Source: Bacteroidales bacterium (GTDB lineage Bacteria > Bacteroidota > Bacteroidia > Bacteroidales > Tenuifilaceae). Taken from it: a stretch of DNA of 24,000 nt. The notes below the pieces were generated by a model, which was given only the letters and a program-made list of their open reading frames with translations, was not told where the DNA came from and did no database searches. Position numbers and translations under genes: made by a program. The stretch is taken from assembly GCA_050180705.1 (NCBI GenBank), contig JBFXDX010000005.1, forward strand, positions 106,006 to 130,005. The letters are read 5' to 3'. Below are positions 1-8,473 of this stretch, piece by piece (position 1 is the stretch's first letter; every line of letters starts with the position of its first letter).

Positions 1-52
1 TATCCCAAATGAACTCTTTGAATGAATCAAAAAAACCTTTTAATTCTCCCAT
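1..52 (-). CDS. 5' end of an unidentified gene downstream of the sspD-like gene (partial, runs off the window)
   Basis: A minus-strand ATG at 52 lies 12 nt after the sspD-like stop at 65. It translates as MGELKGFFDSFKEFIWD... with no stop before the window edge. Only 17 codons are visible, so no product can be called. Its position suggests it belongs to the same operon. Confidence 0.35.
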   Translation of the reverse strand, partial: MGELKGFFDSFKEFIWD

Positions 53-64
53 GATTTATAAGTT

Positions 65-1168
65 TTAGACAAAACATGCAGCACAACCTTCTCCTTCCGC
101 TTCATCTAAAATATCGAGAAGATAAGGTGATTTCAACTTGTTACTTTTTTCAGTCCTTTTTAGGAAATCCTCCTTTATTTTTTTTATTCGCTCAGGTTTT
201 ATCAAATCTGCAAGGGTTTCATCTTGCATCCACGTATACCCATCTTTTTCATATTCCATTGCTTGAGCAAACAAATCTGGATGTTGTTCAAATAACCATA
301 CCCATTCTACCTTTTGCTGGAAAAAACAAAAAAAACAACCTGACCGACTTCTAGAATATTCACCCTTTTTCCCGTTGACCTCAAAACTAACTTTCTTATA
401 ATACTCAGGAACACCTACACCGCTTTCTTCTAATATCCTAAATATATCTTCTCTTACTAATACATCTTCGTTATCAATTAAGTCAAATGATATTTCGTGG
501 GCTAAAGGATAGTTGGTAGTCTTTAAGAAATTATAAACTAGGTAATTAAATTCTCTTATAGATATATCAAGAAGAATATTTAGTTTTTGAGTTTGAGTAT
601 TATTGTTGGTTAATGGTTGTTTCAATATCTCAAAAAAACGGTCAGTATTTTTATTAGTAACAATTTGGTCATAAATACCTAAAACTTGGGTTAAGTTTGA
701 ATTTGATAATACTTTTGACACCACATCTTCACTCCAAATATTCTTCCTAAAAGGAAATATGCTTTGTATGTTGCTTTTTCTAGAAATGTATCCATCTCTT
801 TCTTCATCGCCCCTTATACCTACATATGAGATTACATTATCATTGCCTACAAATTTCTCGAAGGGCTCTAATTTCAGTTTTTTTGTACACCACCGAGAAC
901 TTGATGATGGAAGGTAGCCACCATACATCTTTAAGAAGTGGTCAAAGGGGGCTTCATCACTAGAACGAGTACCTTTTAACAGGGTGATTTTCTTGCCAAG
1001 ATAATTTTCAAGATTCAGAATTAACTGATAAGTTTCATCCAACTCTTTCCCAGTATCACAGGTGTAATACTCTATATCAAGATGAGGATATTTGTTCTTT
1101 AAATATATTGCAAGAGCAGCACTATCTTTACCCCCAGATATTCCCAAAAGATGTCGTACTTTTTTCAT
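65..1168 (-). CDS. sspD: PAPS-reductase / PP-loop ATP pyrophosphatase family protein, SspD-like (DndC-like) phosphorothioation protein
   Basis: 367-aa ORF. It has the N-terminal PP-loop motif LGISGGKDSAALAIYL and Cys clusters near the C-terminus (SGCFFCFF, EGCAACF). Its ATG overlaps the stop of the upstream ATPase gene (ATGA at 1165-1168), which implies translational coupling. Context is DUF4007-like + large ATPase + PAPS reductase. Confidence 0.7.
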   Translation of the reverse strand: MKKVRHLLGISGGKDSAALAIYLKNKYPHLDIEYYTCDTGKELDETYQLILNLENYLGKKITLLKGTRSSDEAPFDHFLKMYGGYLPSSSSRWCTKKLKLEPFEKFVGNDNVISYVGIRGDEERDGYISRKSNIQSIFPFRKNIWSEDVVSKVLSNSNLTQVLGIYDQIVTNKNTDRFFEILKQPLTNNNTQTQKLNILLDISIREFNYLVYNFLKTTNYPLAHEISFDLIDNEDVLVREDIFRILEESGVGVPEYYKKVSFEVNGKKGEYSRSRSGCFFCFFQQKVEWVWLFEQHPDLFAQAMEYEKDGYTWMQDETLADLIKPERIKKIKEDFLKRTEKSNKLKSPYLLDILDEAEGEGCAACFV

Positions 1169-4100
1169 TTTTTTAAGAGGTCTTTTAACACATTAGCTAA
1201 TGCTGCAATATTTAATGTTGCATCATTAGAAAGTTGAGATTTTATCAATTGCTCAATATTACCAACTTCTTTTAACTTTGTTTTTGGAAAACGAACTAAT
1301 CGTTTTTGAATGCCTTCAGCAAAAGAACTCATTTCGATACCAAGTATATTTTCTTTGGTCTCATCTAAATCAACTTTGGATATGTTGGTTAAACTGTCAA
1401 GTTCTAGTATTAAATTTTTGAATTTATCATAAAGCAATAATTCTTCTTCATCCTTAATCGTTTCAAGTGTTTTACCTATTACTGAATGAGCAATTGAACT
1501 TAACCAAGCGTTTCTGTCATCTAATTGTGAATCTAAACGCTGAATAAATGTTTTTTGATAAGGCAAGCATAAGTGCTTCTTTAACTTCTTATAACGATTT
1601 TGAAACTTTGGTTTATATTCTTCAAAAGGTAAGGATTCTCCTATGAAATCATTTAATATGAAGTCTTCAAAGCGATTCAGTAGACCATCATAACTTGTTC
1701 TAAGTTCACGGATAGATTCTTGTAACTTAATGATATACTCTTGAAGTTTATCTTTTGATTTTTGAAGTGATTCAATACTGTAACCTAAAGCCATTGGAAA
1801 ATCTTCAAAGAATGATTTTTCAGGGTCTTTAGAGTTTGCTATAGCCTCACGAATTGCTAGAGTTTCCTTTTTTAATCTTTTAGTAGTTCTCGAATATTCA
1901 GAAAGCCCTCGATAAAAGACTAAGAATGGCTTTATTGTCTCTATGAATGTTTGATTATCTAGTTTGTTCTTAGAATTCTGATTTAGAAAAAGGCGATAGC
2001 TATTAAATATATCTAATTTGACTCCTTCAATATCAAAGGATTTAATCTCATAGTTTTCTGGGTACTTTATTACAAGTTCCAACACCTCATCAGTTAAATA
2101 TGGTATGTACCCACTTTCTCCAAACAATGCAAAGTCATCTCTCTTGATGAAAAGAAATGATGCTATCCAGAAATCTATTAACCCTTGTTTTAGCTTAAAA
2201 GGCTGTTTTGTTAATGGTTCTACAAATTCTGAAACTAACTTTCTATTTTGCTTTGCACTTTCTATGAAATCGATGGAGTATTTCCAAAGATGAATGAAAG
2301 AAGAGTTTTGGGTTACTTCTGTATTGAAGTTTATATCATCAGAATATAAATTAATACCATTCTCTTTAAGTAACGTAAGGTATATAGTTTTTTCAGGTGG
2401 AAATTTATTACTATCAAAGCCTAAGTCTGGTTTATTCCAATTATCAACCAATGCACGTAAATATGATTTCTTAGCCGTATAAATAGAACTTGAAATCTTA
2501 TGCTTATTAACCAATTCATTCTTAAATATTGGTGCTTTTGAGTAGACTTGATGACATATTTGTGAAATAAATTTATTGAAATCTTTTTTGCTGGAAATAG
2601 AAACCTCCTCACCTTTGAAGAACCATTTAACTTCTGAGTTTCTTTGATATAGGTTGTTCAATATGTAATGAGTAAGAAGGTTCTGTTGGTGTTGCAATAT
2701 GTTGTTTAGTTCTCTTAGGGCTATCTTATCGCTCTCGTTCTCATCAATCACTTTTCTTGTTTTTTCAATCTCAAAAAGTTGATTTTTTATTATTTTAGAG
2801 TTTTGATAAAATCCATATATAATTGCCTCCTCTTGTTTATATGATTCTCTTTTTATTTCGCTTATGTCAAGTTTTTCACTAAAGATAAGGTTAATGAATC
2901 CGTCTACTTCATCTTTAGGTGCTTCAGATATAGGATATTCAGTGATTCTGAACTCAAACATTCTGGGTGTGCCATTCAGATAAGAATAGCTTTTTGCAAC
3001 AATAGAGGGTAATTGATAATAACGATTTAGTAAAGTGGCAACGTCATTTATCTCATTTACCTTATTCCCTGCCTCAATTAATGCAGATGAGATATCAAGG
3101 TCTGTACCTTCAGAAATAATGAATCGTTTACTATAATTCCTGTACCTTATTATTTTTTTGGATTCTAAGTCATCGATTAGTTTTTTTGCATTCTCTATAC
3201 CTAAACAGATATTTAAGTAATTTTCTAAAAAGTTAATTCCTAAATCTGAACCAGACGCAGAGGTTATATTCAGTAACCCAATTGTTTTAAGTATTCTTGA
3301 ATAATCGTTTATGTCTGAATCAAATGTTCTTTCTGCTAACTCTATTGAATTCTTTATAGCAGACCAAGATGCGAAGTCAGGATTGTAGCGTGAATTGATA
3401 AATGAGTAAAAATTGAATAAAAGGTAATCAAATACGCAGGACGCATTGTAAAATGGATTTGTTTTTTTATCAAAATTATTTATTCCTGTGTGGTCGGTAG
3501 ATTCAAGAAATGAAAACAGAGACCGTTCGTTTTGACCGTATTTTTGTAAGGAAAGTGTAAGAATGTTTGCAGCCACCAAATCTAGAGGGTATAGTTTTGT
3601 TGCTATTTCAGAAGCGTATTCTGAACTGATATTGAAAGCTTTTGTTCTCTTTATAGTTGATACTGTTGATTTAATTAGGCTTTCCTTCTCCTTATCAAAT
3701 GAACCTTGCTGCAAATGCTCTGCTGCTAAAAAAAGTAATTGCTCGACAGGCTCATTAAAAACAATTTCACGAAACCTTCCTTTAATTTTTGTCCACTCTT
3801 GCTTTTGTGTGTTGTTAAGAGAATAAGCATATGCATCAAAATTTTGGTGGACAGTTGTAAGTAGGATGATATTGTAATCAGGGTTATTGACAAACTCAGA
3901 AAGTTGCTGAATAAAATATAGTTCTTTCTCTGGGTCTTGCTGAGATGCATATTCTAGAAACTTCCCAAATTCATCAACCACTAACACAAGCAGGGGATTT
4001 TTATCTCCCAAACCATGATAAAGATTGTAAATTTCAGACAGAATACTTTGTGTAAGGTGTTTTGAATTGTTTATTTCAAAATAATCTGCAAAGTGATTTG

Positions 4101-4386
4101 TCATAGACTTGTATTCGCCTACAATGTTGATAATCTCAACCTTTGGATTTTTAAGAATATTTAGTGAGAAAAAATTTTTCCTATTTGTGATACTTTGCTC
4201 TAATGCCCATAGAAATGATGACTTCCCTGTACCATAAGAACCAATAATGTTAAAAGACCTTATACCCTTTTTAAAGTCATTAGCAATTTGATTCACCACA
4301 CTTATTGAATTTGGTGTCGGTATATAATTTAACTCTCTTGTTATATCTCTAATAATATTTGTAGATGTAGTATATTTAGTTTGCAT
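1165..4386 (-). CDS. sspC: Large P-loop NTPase, SspC-like
   Basis: 1073-aa ORF. Walker A GSYGTGKSSF lies near residue 50, with a Walker B-like LLVLVVDEFGKF. It overlaps the upstream DUF4007-like gene by 11 nt and the downstream PAPS-reductase-like gene by 4 nt. The SspC name rests on this gene order, not on a recognised SspC-specific motif. Confidence 0.6.
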   Translation of the reverse strand: MQTKYTTSTNIIRDITRELNYIPTPNSISVVNQIANDFKKGIRSFNIIGSYGTGKSSFLWALEQSITNRKNFFSLNILKNPKVEIINIVGEYKSMTNHFADYFEINNSKHLTQSILSEIYNLYHGLGDKNPLLVLVVDEFGKFLEYASQQDPEKELYFIQQLSEFVNNPDYNIILLTTVHQNFDAYAYSLNNTQKQEWTKIKGRFREIVFNEPVEQLLFLAAEHLQQGSFDKEKESLIKSTVSTIKRTKAFNISSEYASEIATKLYPLDLVAANILTLSLQKYGQNERSLFSFLESTDHTGINNFDKKTNPFYNASCVFDYLLFNFYSFINSRYNPDFASWSAIKNSIELAERTFDSDINDYSRILKTIGLLNITSASGSDLGINFLENYLNICLGIENAKKLIDDLESKKIIRYRNYSKRFIISEGTDLDISSALIEAGNKVNEINDVATLLNRYYQLPSIVAKSYSYLNGTPRMFEFRITEYPISEAPKDEVDGFINLIFSEKLDISEIKRESYKQEEAIIYGFYQNSKIIKNQLFEIEKTRKVIDENESDKIALRELNNILQHQQNLLTHYILNNLYQRNSEVKWFFKGEEVSISSKKDFNKFISQICHQVYSKAPIFKNELVNKHKISSSIYTAKKSYLRALVDNWNKPDLGFDSNKFPPEKTIYLTLLKENGINLYSDDINFNTEVTQNSSFIHLWKYSIDFIESAKQNRKLVSEFVEPLTKQPFKLKQGLIDFWIASFLFIKRDDFALFGESGYIPYLTDEVLELVIKYPENYEIKSFDIEGVKLDIFNSYRLFLNQNSKNKLDNQTFIETIKPFLVFYRGLSEYSRTTKRLKKETLAIREAIANSKDPEKSFFEDFPMALGYSIESLQKSKDKLQEYIIKLQESIRELRTSYDGLLNRFEDFILNDFIGESLPFEEYKPKFQNRYKKLKKHLCLPYQKTFIQRLDSQLDDRNAWLSSIAHSVIGKTLETIKDEEELLLYDKFKNLILELDSLTNISKVDLDETKENILGIEMSSFAEGIQKRLVRFPKTKLKEVGNIEQLIKSQLSNDATLNIAALANVLKDLLKK

Positions 4387-5254
4387 AGTAGTCCTTTAAT
4401 ATTGAAATAGCTGTAGGTTTAGTCTTAAATTGTAATTCTTTAATCCCAGCATGGTCATTAAAAACAAGAAAGGGATACTTAACTGTAAGATTTTCAATTT
4501 TGGATAAGATTCCACTTTTATTAATGGCGAAAATTGAACCAACGCTACTATAGTTCTGCTCAATACTGTTTATGTTTACAGATAAATCGAAAGAATCATC
4601 ATCCAAAATAGAATACAAAATAACTTCATCGGGAATATCTTGTCTTTCACTGTTCTCTATAATATAAACATCTTCTTTCCCCTTACTGTATGTTTTTACT
4701 AAGTCAAGTTCCGTGAGTAATCCCGAAAATGTGTCTTCTTTGTCTTTACTTTGTGCATTAGACCGTATATACATCTTTGAGAAAACATAGAAATCTTCAG
4801 TTAAGGTTTTCTCATTTATCTGAAATGACTTTTCAATCTCAGCCTTACGTTTAAGAAACCCTATAAAATTATCCCTAGTGAATTCTATCTTTTCCTTGCG
4901 AAGCTCGTTGAAAACAATCGAATAAATAGAAGCAAAGCCCCTTTTAACCAGTTGATAGTGTAAAATCCAAATACTTGCATCATCTTCTAGATAGGGGTCG
5001 AAACCATCATCAGATAAAAGACAGTGTGCAAAATCAGTTAATTCATCGTTAACTGTAAGAATATTAAATGCTTTCATCCAAAATCGAATTGAACTTACCA
5101 TATTCTTTCCTACTCCTAACTCAACCACTGCATCTTCATCACTAAAAGATTTGTTTTTGTTCACAAAATCATATCCTTTTTTGAGCCATAGATGCCTGCA
5201 CTGAAAAGACTCGTGTCCTGAGAAAGTAAACTTGATATTTGGAATTGTACTCAC
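4376..5254 (-). CDS. sspB: DUF4007-like protein, SspB-like
   Basis: 292-aa ORF with a GTG start; the frame closes 21 nt upstream and holds no ATG. The N-terminal FSGHESFQCRHLWLKKGYDF...LGVGKNMVSSIRFW matches the DUF4007 signature as I remember it. It is the first gene of the three-gene overlapping set. Confidence 0.65.
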   Translation of the reverse strand: MSTIPNIKFTFSGHESFQCRHLWLKKGYDFVNKNKSFSDEDAVVELGVGKNMVSSIRFWMKAFNILTVNDELTDFAHCLLSDDGFDPYLEDDASIWILHYQLVKRGFASIYSIVFNELRKEKIEFTRDNFIGFLKRKAEIEKSFQINEKTLTEDFYVFSKMYIRSNAQSKDKEDTFSGLLTELDLVKTYSKGKEDVYIIENSERQDIPDEVILYSILDDDSFDLSVNINSIEQNYSSVGSIFAINKSGILSKIENLTVKYPFLVFNDHAGIKELQFKTKPTAISILKDYYAN

Positions 5255-5306
5255 ACTTTTTAAAATTAAAAGGTTTTATCTGTGAAAATCATAAGATACT
5301 AATGAG

Positions 5307-5314
5307 CAAAAGTA
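5307..5314 (-). promoter_or_regulatory. Candidate Bacteroidota-type -7 promoter element (TACTTTTG) upstream of the sspB-like gene
   Basis: The minus strand reads TACTTTTG, matching the TAnnTTTG -7 consensus of Bacteroides-type promoters. It lies about 53 nt upstream of the GTG start at 5254. Only a T-rich stretch, not a clean TTTG, sits at the expected -33 distance. Confidence 0.25.
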
Positions 5315-5553
5315 TGAATTTTATTAGCATTAAAAAATCGAAAAATATCAACATATAATTGACACTTTGTGGCTTGCAAATGCTTTACTATAACACGAAT
5401 AAGGTAAATTTGTTCGGGAAATGAAACGAAATTCACATATAAAGGGCTGTTCACTTTTTAATCTATATATCGAATAGTTCTTAATACAATCTATAATAAA
5501 AGTATCGATTTTCAAACGTTGGCAATTCTTTGGTGTACTTTTGTCATGTATTA

Positions 5554-5573
5554 ATGCTATACAAGTATAGCAT
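5554..5573. repeat. Perfect 20-bp palindrome ATGCTATACAAGTATAGCAT
   Basis: Read directly: ATGCTATAC AA GTATAGCAT, with 9-bp arms that are exact reverse complements. It sits in the 482-bp intergenic region between the ADP-ribosylglycohydrolase stop and the sspB-like start. Confidence 0.8.
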
Positions 5574-5736
5574 CGTTAATAATTTCTTGTTTCCTTAAAA
5601 AAAGAATCTGATACTATCATATTTGCTTTAGTACAATATATATAATAACAATTCTCTTGGTTCTTATCATAGAACTTATTTATTAGCAATGTGCTAAATA
5701 ACAAACCCATAAATAGTTTGTCTATTCTATTTTGCT

Positions 5737-6696
5737 TCAAACCTTTTTTATTATCACAGCTAATCTCTCAGCCAAATCCACAATATCATTTCTTCTCGCC
5801 AATTTATCCAACCATTCTTGAGGGATACTTTCTATTCCATACAGCAAGCCAGCACAACCTCCTGTCAATGAGGACGTTGTATCTGTGTCGTCACCTAGGT
5901 TTACTGCCTTCAGTACAGCATCTTTATAGTTGTCGGTTGTAAGCAAACACCAAATACTTGCCTCCAAGGTATGAAGGACGTAGCCACTACTTTCTATTTC
6001 GTTTTCAGGAAGTTCGTAAATATTTCCTTTAAACAACCTGTCAAATAAGTTAATCTCTGTCGAATCAACTTTTAACGAATAAAGAAAACTTGGTAATACT
6101 GTTTGTAACTTACAGTAAGCCTCAAACTTGTCTTTACCCATTAGTAAAAGCCTCATAAACTCCAAATAATAAAAGCAAGATAATACTGAGCGAATATGTC
6201 CGTGAGTTATCGATGAAACCTGTCGTGTCAACTCAAACCTTTTTTCAATTGTTTTATCTTTAATGTAAAATAACAAAGGCGAAATTCGCATTAAAGACCC
6301 ATTGCCATTATCTTTTGCTTCTCGACCACCCGCCAGCAGGGGATTGATACCATCTTTCAGTCTGTATATGGCATGTCTGGTGGCATTACCTACATCGAAG
6401 GCCTCTCCACGTGCTGTCCAGTAGCCTTCTGTATACCATTCAACAAAATATCGTGCTATCAGGTTAAGGTCAAACTCATGCGTTAAAGCGTCTGCTAAGC
6501 ATAGTGAAAGTGAAGTATCATCGCTGAAACTGCCAGCAGGCTGAGAATGCGTTCCAAATCCTTTCATATCAGTGATTGGATTGCATTTTAATTCTTCTCG
6601 GTTGCAGAATTCCACGGGAACTCCAAGGCTATCGCCAACAGCTAGGCCAAGTAGTACGGCTTTGATTTTTTCTGTTAATTCTTTTGCATTACTCAT
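5737..6696 (-). CDS. ADP-ribosylglycohydrolase family protein
   Basis: 319-aa ORF with family-typical motifs: LGLAVGDSLGVPVEF near the N-terminus, SFSDDTSLSLCLADAL, GNGSLMRISPL, and the C-terminal metal-site motif LGDDTDTTSSLTGGCAGLLYG. Confidence 0.85.
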   Translation of the reverse strand: MSNAKELTEKIKAVLLGLAVGDSLGVPVEFCNREELKCNPITDMKGFGTHSQPAGSFSDDTSLSLCLADALTHEFDLNLIARYFVEWYTEGYWTARGEAFDVGNATRHAIYRLKDGINPLLAGGREAKDNGNGSLMRISPLLFYIKDKTIEKRFELTRQVSSITHGHIRSVLSCFYYLEFMRLLLMGKDKFEAYCKLQTVLPSFLYSLKVDSTEINLFDRLFKGNIYELPENEIESSGYVLHTLEASIWCLLTTDNYKDAVLKAVNLGDDTDTTSSLTGGCAGLLYGIESIPQEWLDKLARRNDIVDLAERLAVIIKKV

Positions 6697-6804
6697 ATGT
6701 GAGATATTTGGCTATTAAATATATTCGTTTGAAGTCTTTAAAAAGTCTAAATAGTGTTATTTTTTTTAGTTGTGCTTAGCTTATACTTTTGTAAAAACAA
6801 AAAA

Positions 6805-6996
6805 ATGGAAGACAAAAAGTTGACTATGATTGCCCATCAGGATATCTTTAACTCCGATGGAACTCTTGCTTTTATGCTAGTTATGGAATATTTTGACAAC
6901 GAAGGAGTGGTAAAACATGCTTACAAAGCAAAATATCCGAACCTATTCTTTGCGCCAGACCCATTCCTTAATAAATTTCAAATTGTTTTTAACTAG
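6805..6996 (+). CDS. Small hypothetical protein (63 aa from the internal ATG of the 6754..6996 ORF)
   Basis: This is the only plus-strand ORF in the island that is not antisense to a larger gene, apart from the recombinase region. It translates as MEDKKLTMIAHQDIFNSDGTLAFMLVMEYFDNEGVVKHAYKAKYPNLFFAPDPFLNKFQIVFN, with no recognisable motif. It ends 4 nt from the convergent recombinase stop. Confidence 0.3.
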   Translation: MEDKKLTMIAHQDIFNSDGTLAFMLVMEYFDNEGVVKHAYKAKYPNLFFAPDPFLNKFQIVFN

Positions 6997-7000
6997 TGAC

Positions 7001-7588
7001 TCAAAAACTCAAAACATCATATGTTTGCATCAGTTCCTCTTTAGCAATTCCCAAATACCTTCTGGTAATCGCTGGGTTGCTATGATTAAACAACTGGCTC
7101 AATTTAATCAATGCCAGTTCCGCATTACTCCCACTTCGATTGAAAATTTCACGACCAAATGACTTACGTAAAGAATGGCTACTGAAATTCTTAATTTTAA
7201 GATTATACTTGATTTTTAGCGATTTCAATATCACATTAATTCTTTGAATTGAGAATACGCAACCTTTCTGGCTAATGAATATGAATTCATCTTTAGATTT
7301 TGGGTTAATTTGGGTGTAACAATCCTTAATGTGACGTTTTAGCTGGGAATTAATCTTAATTTCCCTGTTCTTCTTAGTTTTGCCTTCGACCAACATAAAT
7401 TCATCCTTGTCAAGTACTTGCTCCCAATTCAGTTTTAGAATATCCGAAATCCTAAGCCCCCAAAAAGTACCACATGCAATTAGTAATGATATACGATAGT
7501 TTTCATCATTGTATAGATTCCTGATTAAATTCATCGCTTGATTCCATTCAAGGCAGTCTGCTGTAGTTTGGCTAAATTTTGCACTCAT
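7001..7588 (-). CDS. Tyrosine-type site-specific recombinase, catalytic domain only (195 aa)
   Basis: The catalytic residues appear in order: WGLRISDILKLNW (Arg I), EGKTKKNREIKI (Lys), SSHSLRKSFG (His-x-x-Arg), NHSNPAITRRYL (His/Tyr nucleophile region). There is no N-terminal SAM-like DNA-binding domain. Confidence 0.85.
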   Translation of the reverse strand: MSAKFSQTTADCLEWNQAMNLIRNLYNDENYRISLLIACGTFWGLRISDILKLNWEQVLDKDEFMLVEGKTKKNREIKINSQLKRHIKDCYTQINPKSKDEFIFISQKGCVFSIQRINVILKSLKIKYNLKIKNFSSHSLRKSFGREIFNRSGSNAELALIKLSQLFNHSNPAITRRYLGIAKEELMQTYDVLSF

Positions 7589-7615
7589 ACTATTTCAGTT
7601 TTGTAGATTATCGAT

Positions 7616-7631
7616 TAAAAGTGAATGTTTT
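7616..7631. repeat. Direct repeat copy 1 (TAAAAGTGAATGTTTT)
   Basis: This 16-mer is identical to the one at 7708..7723. It lies 28 nt upstream of the recombinase start codon, which is on the minus strand. Confidence 0.8.
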
Positions 7632-7707
7632 TACTTGAGTTACATCTCTGATTAATTCTATAACCTTTGTTTTTACTGTGGTTTTCAAAATAATATTCAC
7701 TATTGGC

Positions 7708-7723
7708 TAAAAGTGAATGTTTT
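7708..7723. repeat. Direct repeat copy 2 (TAAAAGTGAATGTTTT)
   Basis: This 16-mer is identical to the one at 7616..7631, 92 bp away. Both copies are followed by a T-rich stretch ending in TTAC. Confidence 0.8.
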
Positions 7724-7790
7724 GTTTTACTGAAAAATGTGCCGTCATATCATTTTTATTTTAAATACCCACGAAACAATTTGTTGTGTT

Positions 7791-7835
7791 ACCCTAATAT
7801 AGTCTATTGAGTAATTAGACCATAATATTTAGGGT
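7791..7835. repeat. Imperfect inverted repeat / extended hairpin
   Basis: ACCCTAA (7791-7797) pairs with TTAGGGT (7829-7835). TAT (7798-7800) pairs with ATA (7825-7827). GTCTA (7802-7806) pairs with TAGAC (7816-7820). The loop is 9 nt. It sits in the 348-bp spacer between the recombinase gene and the 178-aa ORF. Confidence 0.6.
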
Positions 7836-7936
7836 GAGCAAAAATATGAAGCAAAATCTGGGAAAAAAAGCTGAAACTGGCCGTGAAAAGTGCATCAACT
7901 TTGGGTATACTCTAAAATAGTATCAGAAATGACTTG

Positions 7937-8473
7937 TTATAAGAAATCATCATATAATGATTCAATTTTTCTCTTTCTCAGTATTTGCTTTGGTGTTGGG
8001 GGAATGATTGTTATTTTTAATTCGTAGTATATTGTTTTCAACTCATTGATAAAAGTCGAGAAATTAATTATTGCTTTTTCATAATCAACATTATCAATTA
8101 ACGCTTTAAACTTAACATGTAACTCATCAATCTTTGGCATTTCAGTAGAAAAAACATAAGCATGCTGATTTTCCTCAATCTGGTGGTAGAGAATAATAGC
8201 ATGCTCAGCGTTTAGTACATATTTTATGTGGTTTATTGTGAGATTGTTTGAATTAATAACATTAACCAAGTCTCTGTATACGTACATTACAGATTTAGAA
8301 GTGTAGGTTCGTCTTTCTGGTGAATTATCTTTGGTAATCAGTACTTTGAATTCTATTCCACTCCAACTCCAGCTCATCCTATAAGTGTTATTATCAGATT
8401 TTCCAACCAAAGTAATGTAATCTAGCTCCCCAACATTAATAGTTATTAATTCTCGCAACTCTTTCTCTGTCAT
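7937..8473 (-). CDS. Hypothetical protein (178 aa), downstream of the retron RT
   Basis: This long ORF is co-directional with the RT and 286 bp downstream of it. I see no recognisable motif. The C-terminal tail is basic (PKQILRKRKIESL). Confidence 0.6.
   Translation of the reverse strand: MTEKELRELITINVGELDYITLVGKSDNNTYRMSWSWSGIEFKVLITKDNSPERRTYTSKSVMYVYRDLVNVINSNNLTINHIKYVLNAEHAIILYHQIEENQHAYVFSTEMPKIDELHVKFKALIDNVDYEKAIINFSTFINELKTIYYELKITIIPPTPKQILRKRKIESLYDDFL

Noticed and set aside
76-354. 92-aa plus-strand ORF from the ORF track
   Set aside because: It is entirely antisense to the well-supported PAPS-reductase-like gene. Its composition is low-complexity and Leu/Phe-rich, as expected from reading AT-rich coding DNA backwards.
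2105-3950. Five short ORFs (2105..2293+, 2294..2482+, 2421..2612-, 3563..3826+, 3726..3950-)
   Set aside because: All are nested inside or antisense to the uninterrupted 1073-aa ATPase ORF. None has motifs or independent support.
5691-5942. 83-aa plus-strand ORF
   Set aside because: It is antisense to the 3' end of the ADP-ribosylglycohydrolase gene, which has strong family motifs.
6917-7162. 81-aa plus-strand ORF
   Set aside because: It is mostly antisense to the tyrosine recombinase gene and in a different frame from the 6805..6996 ORF. Nothing supports it.
7846-7920. 24-codon ORF (MKQNLGKKAETGREKCINFGYTLK) in a locally G+C-richer patch of the spacer
   Set aside because: It is too short to support from sequence alone. 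I could not fold the patch into a convincing RNA structure either.
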